From: a virus
Lineage: Duplodnaviria > Caudoviricetes
DNA length: 42,057 bases
Strand: one strand, 5' to 3'
Virus record (IMG/VR): IMGVR_UViG_3300044606_000055
Location: 1-42,057 of that record
The translations under genes and the position numbers were made by a program. The first letter of the stretch is position 1. Every line of letters begins with the position of its first letter. The notes beneath the pieces were generated by a model. It did not search any database, was not told where the DNA came from, and worked only from the letters and a program-made list of their open reading frames with translations. Positions 25,841 through 36,010 of this stretch are shown here, in pieces.

Positions 25841-26080
25841 TTCGTGGCATTATTCGTGGCATTATTGGTTCAGAAATGGCTTGAAATTTTCCTTAATATA
25901 GTGATTTATTAAGAAATTTCTGAATAAATAAAGTCGGTTTTAGCCCTATTTGATGCGGAAAATAAGAAAAACGCCCATTTTAGGGCGCTTTAAATTTGGT
26001 ACCTCCTAGGGGAATCGAACCCCAATAATGTGCTTTTGTAATGGCACTTTTTATTATTGTGGCATTTTTTGTGGCATTGT
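25841..26080. other. attP: tRNA 3'-end core with arm-type repeats
   Basis: 25997-26023 minus = GGGGTTCGATTCCCCTAGGAGGTACCA (T-arm, acceptor strand, CCA; Glu-like); arm repeats TTCGTGGCATTA x2 (25841-25864) and TTGTGGCATT x2 (26057-26080). Confidence 0.8.
25963..25991 (-). terminator. terminator downstream of tRNA fragment
   Basis: GCGCCC-TAAAAT-GGGCGT followed by TTTTCTT on minus strand. Confidence 0.6.
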
Positions 26081-26096
26081 AAAGGAATGGAATTAG

Positions 26097-26672
26097 ATGA
26101 TATTAGCGTTGGATCAAGCGACGAACGTAACGGGCTATTGCATCTTCAGTTTAGATAAGAGGCTCGTAAATTACGGCATTATAGATATTTCACATATGCC
26201 TAAAGATGGTGATGTAGCCCAAGCAGAAAAAAGATATCAATTACTTCAGGAAGTCAAATTTTTAGTTTACAAGCATAAAATTTCACTCCTGATTATAGAG
26301 GGCGTATATGGCGGTAAAGAAAATTTGAGCACATATAAGAAACTTGCTCAAACCCAATCTTCACTTACCGATTGGGCTTACGCCAACGGCTTACAATCTT
26401 TTTCATGGTCTTGTGCTGGGGAGTGGCGCAAGATAATTTCTACCAATACAAAAAATAGAGAAACAGACAAAGAAGCAGCTAAACAATTCGTATTGACTCA
26501 ATATGATATAAAAGATCAAGTTGAAAATTATATATTTAAAAAATATGGCGTGCAAGGTAAGCATGGGCACTTCGATGATTTAAATAAATCAATCAAGGAA
26601 ACTCAGTTTGACATCTATGATGCAATATGTTCAGGTTTTGCCTATCTCAAACTAATTGAAAACAAGGGATAA
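26097..26672 (+). CDS. RuvC-like Holliday junction resolvase
   Basis: ILALDQATNVTGY, IIEG, DIYDAI acidic catalytic motifs. Confidence 0.8.
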   Translation: MILALDQATNVTGYCIFSLDKRLVNYGIIDISHMPKDGDVAQAEKRYQLLQEVKFLVYKHKISLLIIEGVYGGKENLSTYKKLAQTQSSLTDWAYANGLQSFSWSCAGEWRKIISTNTKNRETDKEAAKQFVLTQYDIKDQVENYIFKKYGVQGKHGHFDDLNKSIKETQFDIYDAICSGFAYLKLIENKG

Positions 26673-26674
26673 AA

Positions 26675-27532
26675 ATGGATGAAGAAAAGAATAAGTGTAT
26701 AAATTCTGAATGTCGTAAAATAATAACTGAAAAAAATTCATATATATGTAAATCAAAATATAATTTTAATCAGCGAATGGTCATATGCAAGGACTGTGTT
26801 AATAAATATTATAAAGAATGTTGGCATAAATATGGCAATGTGCGCACTGCATTGTTTAAAACTTGCATGAGGTTTGACGTTCCTTTTATTGAAGATAAAT
26901 TTGAAATGGCCGTTAATGCTACATCTGAAATAGACTATGGTAGCGAAAAGGTTTTTTCTTATTATATTTCAAAATTATACAGTATACGTTATGGCGGCGA
27001 GACATGTTTTGAAGACGGCATAACAACGCTTTCCATAGAACAAGGAGAATTCTCAGACGATAATGATTTTATGAAGTGGGGGTCTGGGTTTTCTACCGAT
27101 GGATATAAATTTTTAAACGCAGAACTTGAGAATTGGAAAAAAACTCATAAGTGTGAAAATAAAGCTGATGAGACACTTTTAAAAGAAATTTGTATTAAAC
27201 AATTAGAATTACGTGAGGCTAGGGCTAGTAAAGAAAAAACTAAAGATTTAACAACTGAACTTCAAAATTTAATGAAGACTGCTGCTATCTCTGGAGACAA
27301 GGCGAATATTGCAAGCGGTGGGAAATCGGCAGAAGCATTTGGAGTATGGATAAAAGACATAGAAGAAAAACGTCCAGCCGAATGGATTGAAGATAAAAAC
27401 TTATTTCATGACGTTGATAATATTCACCGATATTTTACAGATTATGTGACTCGTCCAACTAAGAATTTCATAACTGGAAGTAGAGATTTTATGGTGGATG
27501 ATGACCTTGTGCTCAAAGATGGTGATGTATAA
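26675..27532 (+). CDS. putative terminase small subunit/Zn-finger packaging protein
   Basis: Directly upstream of terminase; CKDC, KWGSGF, FGVWIKDIEEKRP. Confidence 0.55.
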   Translation: MDEEKNKCINSECRKIITEKNSYICKSKYNFNQRMVICKDCVNKYYKECWHKYGNVRTALFKTCMRFDVPFIEDKFEMAVNATSEIDYGSEKVFSYYISKLYSIRYGGETCFEDGITTLSIEQGEFSDDNDFMKWGSGFSTDGYKFLNAELENWKKTHKCENKADETLLKEICIKQLELREARASKEKTKDLTTELQNLMKTAAISGDKANIASGGKSAEAFGVWIKDIEEKRPAEWIEDKNLFHDVDNIHRYFTDYVTRPTKNFITGSRDFMVDDDLVLKDGDV

Positions 27533-29329
27533 ATGCCCTCTTATTCAAATTATCAAAATAACTACAGAAAAAACTCTAAATCAATTAATCAGTTTTCCGC
27601 TCCTAAAAACATGAGTCAAAAAAACAGAAGCAATGACTGGGAAGAAAAAATAATTGATTGGGTTACTTTTTATAGGCGTAATATTCACAGATTTATTGAA
27701 CATTATTTTCAAGTATATTTGTTTCCGTACCAGAGGGTTTGGACTTATGAGATGAATACCACAGATGGCTTTGTAACTATAGCTAGTCGTGGTGTTGCTA
27801 AGTCTTGGGTGCTTGGTTTATTTTCAACTGCCGTTGGAACATTATATCCTAATTCTGAAATAGTTGTTGTTGCATCAACAAAAGAGCAAGCCGGAATTAT
27901 TGTGGGTAAAATTGCGCGACTCCGTGAGGATTACCCCAACTTGGCGAGAGAAATTAAGGATTTAACTTCTAATAACAATAAATATGAAGTTGTTCTTCAT
28001 AATGGTACGACAATTAAAGTTGTTCCAGCAAAGGATAGTGCTCGTGGCAACAGAAGCACTTTTACGATTTATGAAGAATTTAGATTAATCGATAAACAAA
28101 TTCTAGACTCTGTAATTCGGCCATTTGCTTATAGCAGGCAAACTCCGTACTTGAAAAATAAAGAATATGCCCACTTGAAAGAAGAGCCTAAAGAAGTTTT
28201 TATTTCAAGTGCATATCATAAGTCGCTATGGTGGTATCAAACAACGGCGAATTATATCAAAATGATGATGCGGGGCAAAAATGTTGGATTTATTGCGTTT
28301 GACTATCTTCTCACGATCAAGCATGGAATAAAAACCCCAAAGCAAATCGCCAAAGAGCGCGAAGATATGGATGAAATCACGTTTCTTGAAGAATATGAAA
28401 ATATTCCGTGGGGTGAAAACGCAGACGCTTATTATAAACTTGATATGTTCAGGAAAAATCAAGACATAAAAAGAGCATTTTATCCACAGAGAAACGAAAC
28501 TTTTGATCCCAAGAAAAATCCATATGATATTAAAAAGGTTGATGGCGAAGTGCGGCTAGTTACCGTTGACGTTGCAACAAGAAAAGGCGAACAAAACGAT
28601 AATACGGTAATTCTTTGCACAAGGTTGTTGCCAACTCAAAGGGGTTATCAGCGTGAAAATGTTTACATAGAAACCCATAATGGTGAAAATACAATTTTAC
28701 AGGGTTTACGGGTCAAACAAATTTGGTATGACTTTAAAGCAGACTATATTGTATTGGACTTGGCTCAAAATGGTATTTCTATCTATGATCAGTTGGGCAT
28801 TATCACAAAAGATGAGGAACGCGGTTTAGAATATGAAGCCTTAACTGTTATGAACCATTTTTCAATTGATAAAAAAGTTAAAGAAGAACTGCTTGAAAGA
28901 ACACTATCTATTAATGCGAAGCCAATAATTTATCCGTTGTCTGGCACACCACAGTTAAATAACGATATTGCGGTATCCTATCGTGATAAGTTGCAAAAGG
29001 GCATGATTAAATTCTTAATTTCTGAAATGGATGCCGAAGAATATTGGATAAAAACTAAAAAAGATTACCTTGAATCTGGAGAAAGATATTGGCGTAGGGT
29101 TCCATATATTCAGAATGCCGCAATGATAAATGAAACAATTGGGCTTTCTATGAAGTTGGTTGGCGGACTTATTAAACTTGAAGAAGTAAGCGGTGCCCGT
29201 AAAGATAGATATGTTGCGGGAGCATATATGAACTATTTTGCTTCATATTTAGATAAAGACATAATGAAAGAAACTTCAGATACAGGTTCATGGGATTACT
29301 GGAAGGCTTTTGCTGAAACAGTTTATTAA
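27533..29329 (+). CDS. terL: terminase large subunit
   Basis: Walker A ASRGVAKS, ARGNR, Walker B IYEEFR, nuclease VDVA, RKDRY. Confidence 0.9.
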   Translation: MPSYSNYQNNYRKNSKSINQFSAPKNMSQKNRSNDWEEKIIDWVTFYRRNIHRFIEHYFQVYLFPYQRVWTYEMNTTDGFVTIASRGVAKSWVLGLFSTAVGTLYPNSEIVVVASTKEQAGIIVGKIARLREDYPNLAREIKDLTSNNNKYEVVLHNGTTIKVVPAKDSARGNRSTFTIYEEFRLIDKQILDSVIRPFAYSRQTPYLKNKEYAHLKEEPKEVFISSAYHKSLWWYQTTANYIKMMMRGKNVGFIAFDYLLTIKHGIKTPKQIAKEREDMDEITFLEEYENIPWGENADAYYKLDMFRKNQDIKRAFYPQRNETFDPKKNPYDIKKVDGEVRLVTVDVATRKGEQNDNTVILCTRLLPTQRGYQRENVYIETHNGENTILQGLRVKQIWYDFKADYIVLDLAQNGISIYDQLGIITKDEERGLEYEALTVMNHFSIDKKVKEELLERTLSINAKPIIYPLSGTPQLNNDIAVSYRDKLQKGMIKFLISEMDAEEYWIKTKKDYLESGERYWRRVPYIQNAAMINETIGLSMKLVGGLIKLEEVSGARKDRYVAGAYMNYFASYLDKDIMKETSDTGSWDYWKAFAETVY

Positions 29330-29345
29330 AAGGAGGTGATGTTGG

Positions 29346-30926
29346 TTGGCGGAAGAAAAACTTACAATGGAAGAAGTTAATGAACAACTTCAATTAGTTG
29401 AAACGATACTTGGATTCTCTAGCGGTTATAGCCAAGCAATGAAGGCTTATACGCCAGAAATGGTAAACAGTGTTCTTAAAAATATCAATCTCAACCCCAT
29501 TACTCCTGATAGAACAAAAATAGACACAGCCCTTGCCGATACAAAAAACCATGAAACTGAGTTAATTGGATATAATCAGTCATTTTACGTAACTAGTATG
29601 ATTTTTAAACGTAATGCTGATTATATATCTAATTTACCAGCCTTTAATTTATCGATTCAACCCATAAATCCAGATTATAAAGACAGCAAATTCAAGAAAG
29701 ATTTAAAAACAGTTGAAGATTTTTTAAATAAGTTTGATTATCGTACAGAATTTAAAAAAGCACTGTTTAACATGCTTCAACAGGAGTTTTATCCTTGTAT
29801 TTTTCGAAATGATGGTAGCGATAAGTATGTTTTGCAAGACTTTCCTTTTGCATATACAAAGATTACTGGACGATTTGAATATGGATTGTTGTGGGATGCT
29901 GACATGTCTTACTTTATCCAGCCATCAGTAGACATAGATTTATATCCAAGTTTCTTTAAGCGCAAATATAATGAATTGTTTTCCGGTAATACAAACGGGA
30001 AATACATTCCATCAAGTGAAATTAATCACCGTACTGGTAAATGGGCTTTATGGGTACAAACATCACCCGAAGGAAAGTATGGTCAGACTTGGGGGTTCAA
30101 GTTTCGACCTGAACTTGCTACAAATATACCCTATTTTGCACCAATTATGTCAGATGTTGCCATATTACCGACATTGCGAAACCTACAGGTTAATCAGTCA
30201 ATGGTGGCAGCGCGAAAGATTATAGCGTCTTCTATACCGTATCTTAAAGAGGCGACTAGCGGCAACACACAGAACAGACTTGCGATTGACCCTGATATGT
30301 TAGGTAAATATGTGGGACTTGTACGTAAAGCCATAGAAGAAGCAATATCTCTGGTTCAACTTCCAACAGAGGATGTACGCGGCATTGAGTTTAGTAATAC
30401 GGATAAGGAATCTTACGATAGATTTTTGAAAATTACAAGTTCTCTGCTTGGCGGTGGTCGATCCATTTTTTCTACCGACAAACAGACTGTTAGTGAAACA
30501 AACCTATCCCTTTGTATTGACGAAATGCTCGCCACAGATATATACAGCCAGTTTGCTAATTTTTTAGAATTCTATGTTAATCAATTAACAAAGAAATATA
30601 GGTTCAAATTTAGTTTTTCTGGTACGAGAACATATCTTAATAAAGAGCAAAGAATGAAAGAAGCGTTTGATATAGCTGCACCAAAAGGAATTGTTGCCGC
30701 AAACAAACTCGCGAATGCTCTTGATATGGATGTTTTTGAACTTAAAAACGAAATGGGTATGTGGGAAGGTATGGGTTTTGATAAATTGCTTCAGCCCATG
30801 TTAAACATGTTTACTCAAACAAAAGATGGTGCTGGGGCACCGCAAAAGAGCCAATCTGAGATAAGTGATGCTGGTGCTGAAACTCGTGCATCAGGTTCAA
30901 ATATTGAAAAGGGTGGAGACGTTTAA
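29346..30926 (+). CDS. portal protein
   Basis: 526 aa directly after terL; C-terminal GAPQK..SEISDAG.ETR tail. Confidence 0.75.
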   Translation: MAEEKLTMEEVNEQLQLVETILGFSSGYSQAMKAYTPEMVNSVLKNINLNPITPDRTKIDTALADTKNHETELIGYNQSFYVTSMIFKRNADYISNLPAFNLSIQPINPDYKDSKFKKDLKTVEDFLNKFDYRTEFKKALFNMLQQEFYPCIFRNDGSDKYVLQDFPFAYTKITGRFEYGLLWDADMSYFIQPSVDIDLYPSFFKRKYNELFSGNTNGKYIPSSEINHRTGKWALWVQTSPEGKYGQTWGFKFRPELATNIPYFAPIMSDVAILPTLRNLQVNQSMVAARKIIASSIPYLKEATSGNTQNRLAIDPDMLGKYVGLVRKAIEEAISLVQLPTEDVRGIEFSNTDKESYDRFLKITSSLLGGGRSIFSTDKQTVSETNLSLCIDEMLATDIYSQFANFLEFYVNQLTKKYRFKFSFSGTRTYLNKEQRMKEAFDIAAPKGIVAANKLANALDMDVFELKNEMGMWEGMGFDKLLQPMLNMFTQTKDGAGAPQKSQSEISDAGAETRASGSNIEKGGDV

Positions 30927-30943
30927 ATAAGGAGGAATAAATT

Positions 30944-31291
30944 ATGGCTATTTCAGATGCAAATAAAGCAAAACTAAATAATATGTGTAAGGGTGCGAAT
31001 GACGCTGGACTTGGCACCGCCGTACAGACCGCACAGACTGATATTGCTACTTTGCAGGGATTGATTAAGAAGTCTGGTGCTTATACGGCTGTCGCCGCTG
31101 ATCAGACTGCTGGTAAAAAAGTTATTGCCGCTGGATTTACAATTACGGGTGCTGTTGTACAAGTCACTCGTGCTGGCGTGGTTATGGCGCTTCCGAAGGT
31201 AAGTTGGGCAACTACTAATTTAACCATCGATACTAATGGGACTGATTATGTAATGACAACTGGTGATATAATTTCATACATTATCTTTTAA
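30944..31291 (+). CDS. putative virion structural protein (head fibre/decoration-like)
   Basis: A/T/G-rich 115 aa, AAGGAGG RBS, in head module. Confidence 0.5.
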   Translation: MAISDANKAKLNNMCKGANDAGLGTAVQTAQTDIATLQGLIKKSGAYTAVAADQTAGKKVIAAGFTITGAVVQVTRAGVVMALPKVSWATTNLTIDTNGTDYVMTTGDIISYIIF

Positions 31292-31307
31292 GTGCGGGTG
31301 ATAACAA

Positions 31308-31844
31308 ATGATTGATAAAAATCTATTGTTATCAGAAACTTTGTCAAAACGTCTTTCGGACATTATGAACATGTACTTCCAATATAATCGGATTCTTGAT
31401 GCTCTTATTGATTATCTTGATGTTGATATGAATATGAACATGATGTCAAATTACATTCATGAAACCTATGCTCATAGAGCACCTTTGGATGCAGATCATT
31501 ATCGTGATTTTAATTCTGCGAATTCTCGAAGAACTTTTTACGGCAACATAGATGCGTCTGAAGGCAATTATGAGAGTCCTATTGCTGGATTTGAATATGC
31601 TCTTGAGTATGCCTTAAAAATTATGGATTCAATTCAAGACGGAATTGATTTGGCAAAGTCTGAGGGCGATGAAGATACTAAAAAGTTTTTGCAGGAAGAA
31701 CTTAAAAATATGCGTATATATAAAAAGCAATTTGTTCTTCTTTGTGATAAATGCGAACAGGCTATTGCAGAGGGTAATACGTGGCAGGATATTGATCATC
31801 GCTGGCAAGACTATAGAATTGTGGTGATGAATAATGATGATTAG
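31308..31844 (+). CDS. ferritin-like protein
   Basis: Helical 178 aa; YESPIAGFEYALEY...IDLAKSEGDEDTKKFLQ resembles ferritin helices C/D. Confidence 0.55.
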   Translation: MIDKNLLLSETLSKRLSDIMNMYFQYNRILDALIDYLDVDMNMNMMSNYIHETYAHRAPLDADHYRDFNSANSRRTFYGNIDASEGNYESPIAGFEYALEYALKIMDSIQDGIDLAKSEGDEDTKKFLQEELKNMRIYKKQFVLLCDKCEQAIAEGNTWQDIDHRWQDYRIVVMNNDD

Positions 31845-32031
31845 TAATTTTCAATATATTGATAATACAATTTCACTTCATTATTCTGTCGGTAAATATC
31901 TTGAAACACATGGTATTCCAGTTCTTAGCAAACAAAATAACGTTTTTATATTTTCCAACACAAAAGAATTGCAAGAAGCGTTATTAAAATTACCATTTTA
32001 TCTTAAGCCATTCGCAAAGGGCGGTGGTTAA
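31834..32031 (+). CDS. small hypothetical protein (DUF5659-like)
   Basis: YLETHGI...VFIFSNTKELQEAL. Confidence 0.6.
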   Translation: MMISNFQYIDNTISLHYSVGKYLETHGIPVLSKQNNVFIFSNTKELQEALLKLPFYLKPFAKGGG

Positions 32032-32033
32032 AT

Positions 32034-33629
32034 TTGAAATTATTCAGTGTTGAGAATATTGAAATTCTCGATGAGGTCAATAATAGTCAGTTTTGTACGG
32101 TTGAACTTTCTGCATTTGCGAGTGGGGACAATTTACATGACTTGCCAACATCGGATGAATCCTTGCGTGAAACAGCTTATACGATTTATGATAAGCCGCT
32201 TGTTTGGATTTATGATAGGCGGACGCAAGATATAGGTGGGCATCATAAAGATGAACAACCTTGTGGTTTTGTCCATCGTGAAGATAACCCAATTGTTTTT
32301 GAAAGACTTCCAGACAATCGATTAATGTTAAAAGTAAAGGCTAAGATATGGAAGAAATATTCTTTAAATATTTTAGAACTTTTTCAAAAAAGTGATGGTG
32401 TTAAACCAGTAAGCGTAGAAATTGAGGTCTTAGATTCTAAAAAAAGAGAAGATGGAAAGATTCAAATTTTATCGTGGGTCTACCAAGCCATTACGATTTT
32501 GGGGTCAATGTTGACTCCTGCCATACCTTCTGCACAGGCTGAAATTATTGCTTTTGAAGCCGCGAAAGAAGAATATTTAAGTCAACATTTTGTAGAAAAG
32601 AAATCGATCAAAATTGATAACTCTAAAGAATCTGCCGCAGATGGCAAATGGACTAATCCAAACCGTAAATTATATAAACCTATTTTAGAAGCGAGTAATG
32701 CAAAAGCACTTCTTAATGAGGCTTATTTAATTGTAGATGAAGACTATGATACAAATCCAAGTGGCGCACTACACTATCCTCACCATATAGTCAGGGATGG
32801 TAAATTGCTTGTGCACATATCTGGTGTCCAATCCGCGTTTGCTCGTGCAAAACAGCAAGGGCTTACGGGTGATCCTATAAGCCACTTGAAGCGGCACTAT
32901 AAAGAACTTGGATTAGACATGGAAAATTTTGAAGCAAAGGAGGATGACGATGTGCCGAAAGTAAAAGAAGAATTTGGTCTTACAATTAATCAGACAAGAG
33001 ACATTATAAGTTCTGCTATTTCTGAGTTTAAATATGGAGAACATGAATGGCGTAAATATTGGGTTACTGATTTTGACGAAGAATTTGTATATCTCTATGA
33101 CAATGAAGATGACAAAATCTATAGATGTACTTATTCTATTGCTGAAAATGTTGCTACGGTTGATATGGAATCTAAGGCAGAGGTTATTCGCGGTGGCTAT
33201 GAACTTGTTGGCGAACAGCCAGCAGAAGGATTCGAAGAAGAGGGCGAAGAGAAGGAAGAGCCTGAAACTGACGAAGAGGATTATGCCGCTAAGTGTGCCG
33301 AAATGGAAAGCAAAATGCAGGAAATGGAAGCAAAGATGTCTGCACTAGAAGCCGAAAATACTAGGCTACAAGCATTTGAATCCAGCGTTAAAGATGAACA
33401 GAAAACAATGGAAATAGAAACCATTCTTTCAAAGTTCTCTAAAAAAATACCTAAAGACAAACTCGATGAACTCAGAGAAAAGGGCATGGCGGCTGAAAAT
33501 ATTGATGCTTTTAAAAATGAAGTTAAAGCCGTTGCCTTTGATTATATCGAAAAAAATGATGATAAATCGGAAATTAACAGGATGGGTGCCCATGTAAACG
33601 ACGCTCCTGCTGTTAAGAAGTTCTGGTAA
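32034..33629 (+). CDS. prohead protease/scaffold protein
   Basis: GGHH..EQPCG, VSVEIEV, ITILG..PAIPSA; acidic coiled-coil C-terminus; TTG start. Confidence 0.75.
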   Translation: MKLFSVENIEILDEVNNSQFCTVELSAFASGDNLHDLPTSDESLRETAYTIYDKPLVWIYDRRTQDIGGHHKDEQPCGFVHREDNPIVFERLPDNRLMLKVKAKIWKKYSLNILELFQKSDGVKPVSVEIEVLDSKKREDGKIQILSWVYQAITILGSMLTPAIPSAQAEIIAFEAAKEEYLSQHFVEKKSIKIDNSKESAADGKWTNPNRKLYKPILEASNAKALLNEAYLIVDEDYDTNPSGALHYPHHIVRDGKLLVHISGVQSAFARAKQQGLTGDPISHLKRHYKELGLDMENFEAKEDDDVPKVKEEFGLTINQTRDIISSAISEFKYGEHEWRKYWVTDFDEEFVYLYDNEDDKIYRCTYSIAENVATVDMESKAEVIRGGYELVGEQPAEGFEEEGEEKEEPETDEEDYAAKCAEMESKMQEMEAKMSALEAENTRLQAFESSVKDEQKTMEIETILSKFSKKIPKDKLDELREKGMAAENIDAFKNEVKAVAFDYIEKNDDKSEINRMGAHVNDAPAVKKFW

Positions 33630-33652
33630 TAAAAATTTAGGAGGTAAACTAC

Positions 33653-34204
33653 ATGGCAGCTCATGGTGTTGTTCAGTGTCTTTCTGTGGTAGCACAGAAT
33701 ATTGACGCTTATAACAGAATGTTTATAGATGAATCTAATGACGTAGATAATGGTACTGTATTTCAGTGCTCTACTCCGTCTACTACGGCTGGGGAAGATC
33801 AGGTTTATACAATAGCAACTCCCGCCTCTAGCGCAGGGCTTCAAAATCTTTGGATGGCTTGCTCCCCCATTGATACGATTGTAACTGATGCGCAGGGAAA
33901 TCAGTATAAACTAGGTCTTACTGATCCTCGCAATTTCACCAACGTTGCTGGTATTCCGTTTGACGGATATAAACCGCAGATTGGTGATAGGATTGCTTTG
34001 ACCGATGCTTGTCTGGGTGGCACTAAGTCTACTGGTGATTATGTGGTTGCTACGGCTTCAACGCGTCAGTTAACTTGGGCGGCCGCTGCGGCTAGTGGTC
34101 TTTCGTATCTGCTGCGCGACACAACCTATATTTCCATTCCTGATGGCTCTATTGGTTCTCAGCGAGTGACGGCATATCTCTTCGAGTGCGTTGCGATAGC
34201 GTAA
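33653..34204 (+). CDS. capsid decoration/cement protein
   Basis: Between scaffold and MCP; DVDNGTV; strong RBS. Confidence 0.6.
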   Translation: MAAHGVVQCLSVVAQNIDAYNRMFIDESNDVDNGTVFQCSTPSTTAGEDQVYTIATPASSAGLQNLWMACSPIDTIVTDAQGNQYKLGLTDPRNFTNVAGIPFDGYKPQIGDRIALTDACLGGTKSTGDYVVATASTRQLTWAAAAASGLSYLLRDTTYISIPDGSIGSQRVTAYLFECVAIA

Positions 34205-34222
34205 GGAAGGAGGTAAATTAAT

Positions 34223-35308
34223 ATGATTAAAATGCCTATTAGTGTTATTAATTTTACTGCTAATAATGAAGATAGAAAAGAAGGTTATTCTAAGTTTGTA
34301 GAATATTACAAAGTTTTCGAATCCGGCAAAACCCATAATGATGCTGGCGTTTCTCTCAATGAGATGAACGAGAAAATTTTTGCTTTCTTCATGGATGAAC
34401 TCAAGCTTCTGAGTGGTGTCGATTCTGCTATTTATAGCGGTGATATGGCCCGTTATGCTAATAACCCGAATGTGCAGCACGCTGCGTTCGAAGTTGTTGG
34501 TATCATGACTGATCTTATCATACCCGACACACTTATGAAAGACTTTGGCATGATTGCCAACGTTGTGAGCGGTGCATGGGGTGATTCTCTGAAGGTTGAC
34601 ATTAAACCCAGAGATTTGTTTGTGGTTTCTAAGGGTACTCGTGGCAAGCGTCAGTTTGACGTTACTCGTCAGTACAACGGTCAGAAAACCATTATTGGCG
34701 AACCGCGTGTTATCACCGTCGGCGTGACGCTGTATGATATTCTGAGCGGCAAGGCATCTTTGGGCGAATTTGTTTCGAAGGCCATGCTTTCCATTGAAAC
34801 TCAGATGCGCTATGACATCTATGATGCGTTTGCTGCTGCTATGGCGGCTGTTAGCGGCAGTTTGGCTCCGATCAGCGGTTTTGCACAGTCTACGGCGATT
34901 GCGAGAGCACAGGTTGTTCAGGCTTGGAATGGCGGAAAACCCGCTATCTTCCTTGGCACTAAACTTGGTCTGAGCAATATTCTTCCCGCTTCTACCAACT
35001 ATCGTTTTGACCTTGGTAGCGAATATGTCAAACTTGGTCATGTTCGTGATTTCTTTGGCTTCGATTGCGTGGAACTGGAACAGATTGCGGATTATGCTAC
35101 GGAGTTCTCGGTAAAACTGAGCGATTCTACTCTGTGGATTATTTCGCCCTCTGCACCGAAGTTGCTTCAGGTGTTTGTGGAAGGCTCTACCTTGTCGCAC
35201 GTAAATGGCAACTATGATAATGCTAATCTGATGGTTAACGGTAGTCTGGTTAAGTCCTACGGCGTGGGTGTGGCTACTTCTGCGGTTGCTTCGAGCATTA
35301 CGCTGTAA
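34223..35308 (+). CDS. major capsid protein
   Basis: 361 aa, strong AAGGAGGT RBS, biased codon use, position after decoration gene. Confidence 0.8.
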   Translation: MIKMPISVINFTANNEDRKEGYSKFVEYYKVFESGKTHNDAGVSLNEMNEKIFAFFMDELKLLSGVDSAIYSGDMARYANNPNVQHAAFEVVGIMTDLIIPDTLMKDFGMIANVVSGAWGDSLKVDIKPRDLFVVSKGTRGKRQFDVTRQYNGQKTIIGEPRVITVGVTLYDILSGKASLGEFVSKAMLSIETQMRYDIYDAFAAAMAAVSGSLAPISGFAQSTAIARAQVVQAWNGGKPAIFLGTKLGLSNILPASTNYRFDLGSEYVKLGHVRDFFGFDCVELEQIADYATEFSVKLSDSTLWIISPSAPKLLQVFVEGSTLSHVNGNYDNANLMVNGSLVKSYGVGVATSAVASSITL

Positions 35309-35323
35309 TTATTTTAAAGTTTA

Positions 35324-35348
35324 TGGGGAGAGGTTAATCCTCTCCCCT
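35324..35348 (+). terminator. stem-loop after capsid gene (terminator/stabiliser)
   Basis: GGGGAGAGG-TTAAT-CCTCTCCCC; no U-tract. Confidence 0.55.
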
Positions 35349-35375
35349 ACCAAAGAATAAAAGGAGATAGAGACG

Positions 35376-35999
35376 ATGGGAAAACCCGCATCGCAAGACA
35401 CAATTGCAAGTTTGAAAAAACAACTTAAAGATGCCGTTGCTAATATTAGTGAAATGGCGAAGGTAATCGAATCTTTAAAAAATAATAACCCCGAACATAT
35501 AATGCCTATTGTTCAAATTGGAGATGATAAGGATATTTTAGTCGTATCTCTTTATGATGGTATTCTTAATGTTTCAACCGAAGGATATGGACAGGGTGAA
35601 AATTATCAATTTACCTATTTTGGTGAGGAACAAACCATTCCTCTTAGCGATTTAAAAAAGATTATCCGTAAAGAAAAAAAGCGTATTAGTGAAGGATTGT
35701 TGTATATTGATGATCCAGAGATAATTAAGTCTGAGCGTCTTACTTCTGCCTATAAAAAGATTCTAAATAAAGAAAAGATTGAAGAATTGTTTACACAATC
35801 TCAAAAACTTTTTAAAGAATCTTTCGATGAAATGACGCAGGGGCAAAAGGATATTTTTGCTCAACTTATTGTTTCTAAATTAATTAGCGGCAACGATGTT
35901 GACATGAATATTGTTGATCTTGTAAGCAAGTCTGTAGGCAGAGATTTAAAAGATATTGCTGAGTTTTCTATTTCTTTACGAGCCGAAAAGAATGAATAG
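35376..35999 (+). CDS. hypothetical morphogenesis protein
   Basis: ORF track; post-capsid position. Confidence 0.7.
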   Translation: MGKPASQDTIASLKKQLKDAVANISEMAKVIESLKNNNPEHIMPIVQIGDDKDILVVSLYDGILNVSTEGYGQGENYQFTYFGEEQTIPLSDLKKIIRKEKKRISEGLLYIDDPEIIKSERLTSAYKKILNKEKIEELFTQSQKLFKESFDEMTQGQKDIFAQLIVSKLISGNDVDMNIVDLVSKSVGRDLKDIAEFSISLRAEKNE

Positions 36000-36010
36000 G
36001 AGGAAACCTT

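Noticed and set aside
25997-26023. Complete tRNA gene
   Set aside because: Only the T-arm, 3' acceptor strand and CCA are present; no D or anticodon arm. Interpreted as attP core.
34070-35200. 376-aa antisense ORF over the major capsid gene
   Set aside because: Shadow of strongly biased codon usage on the plus strand; no RBS or recognisable motifs.
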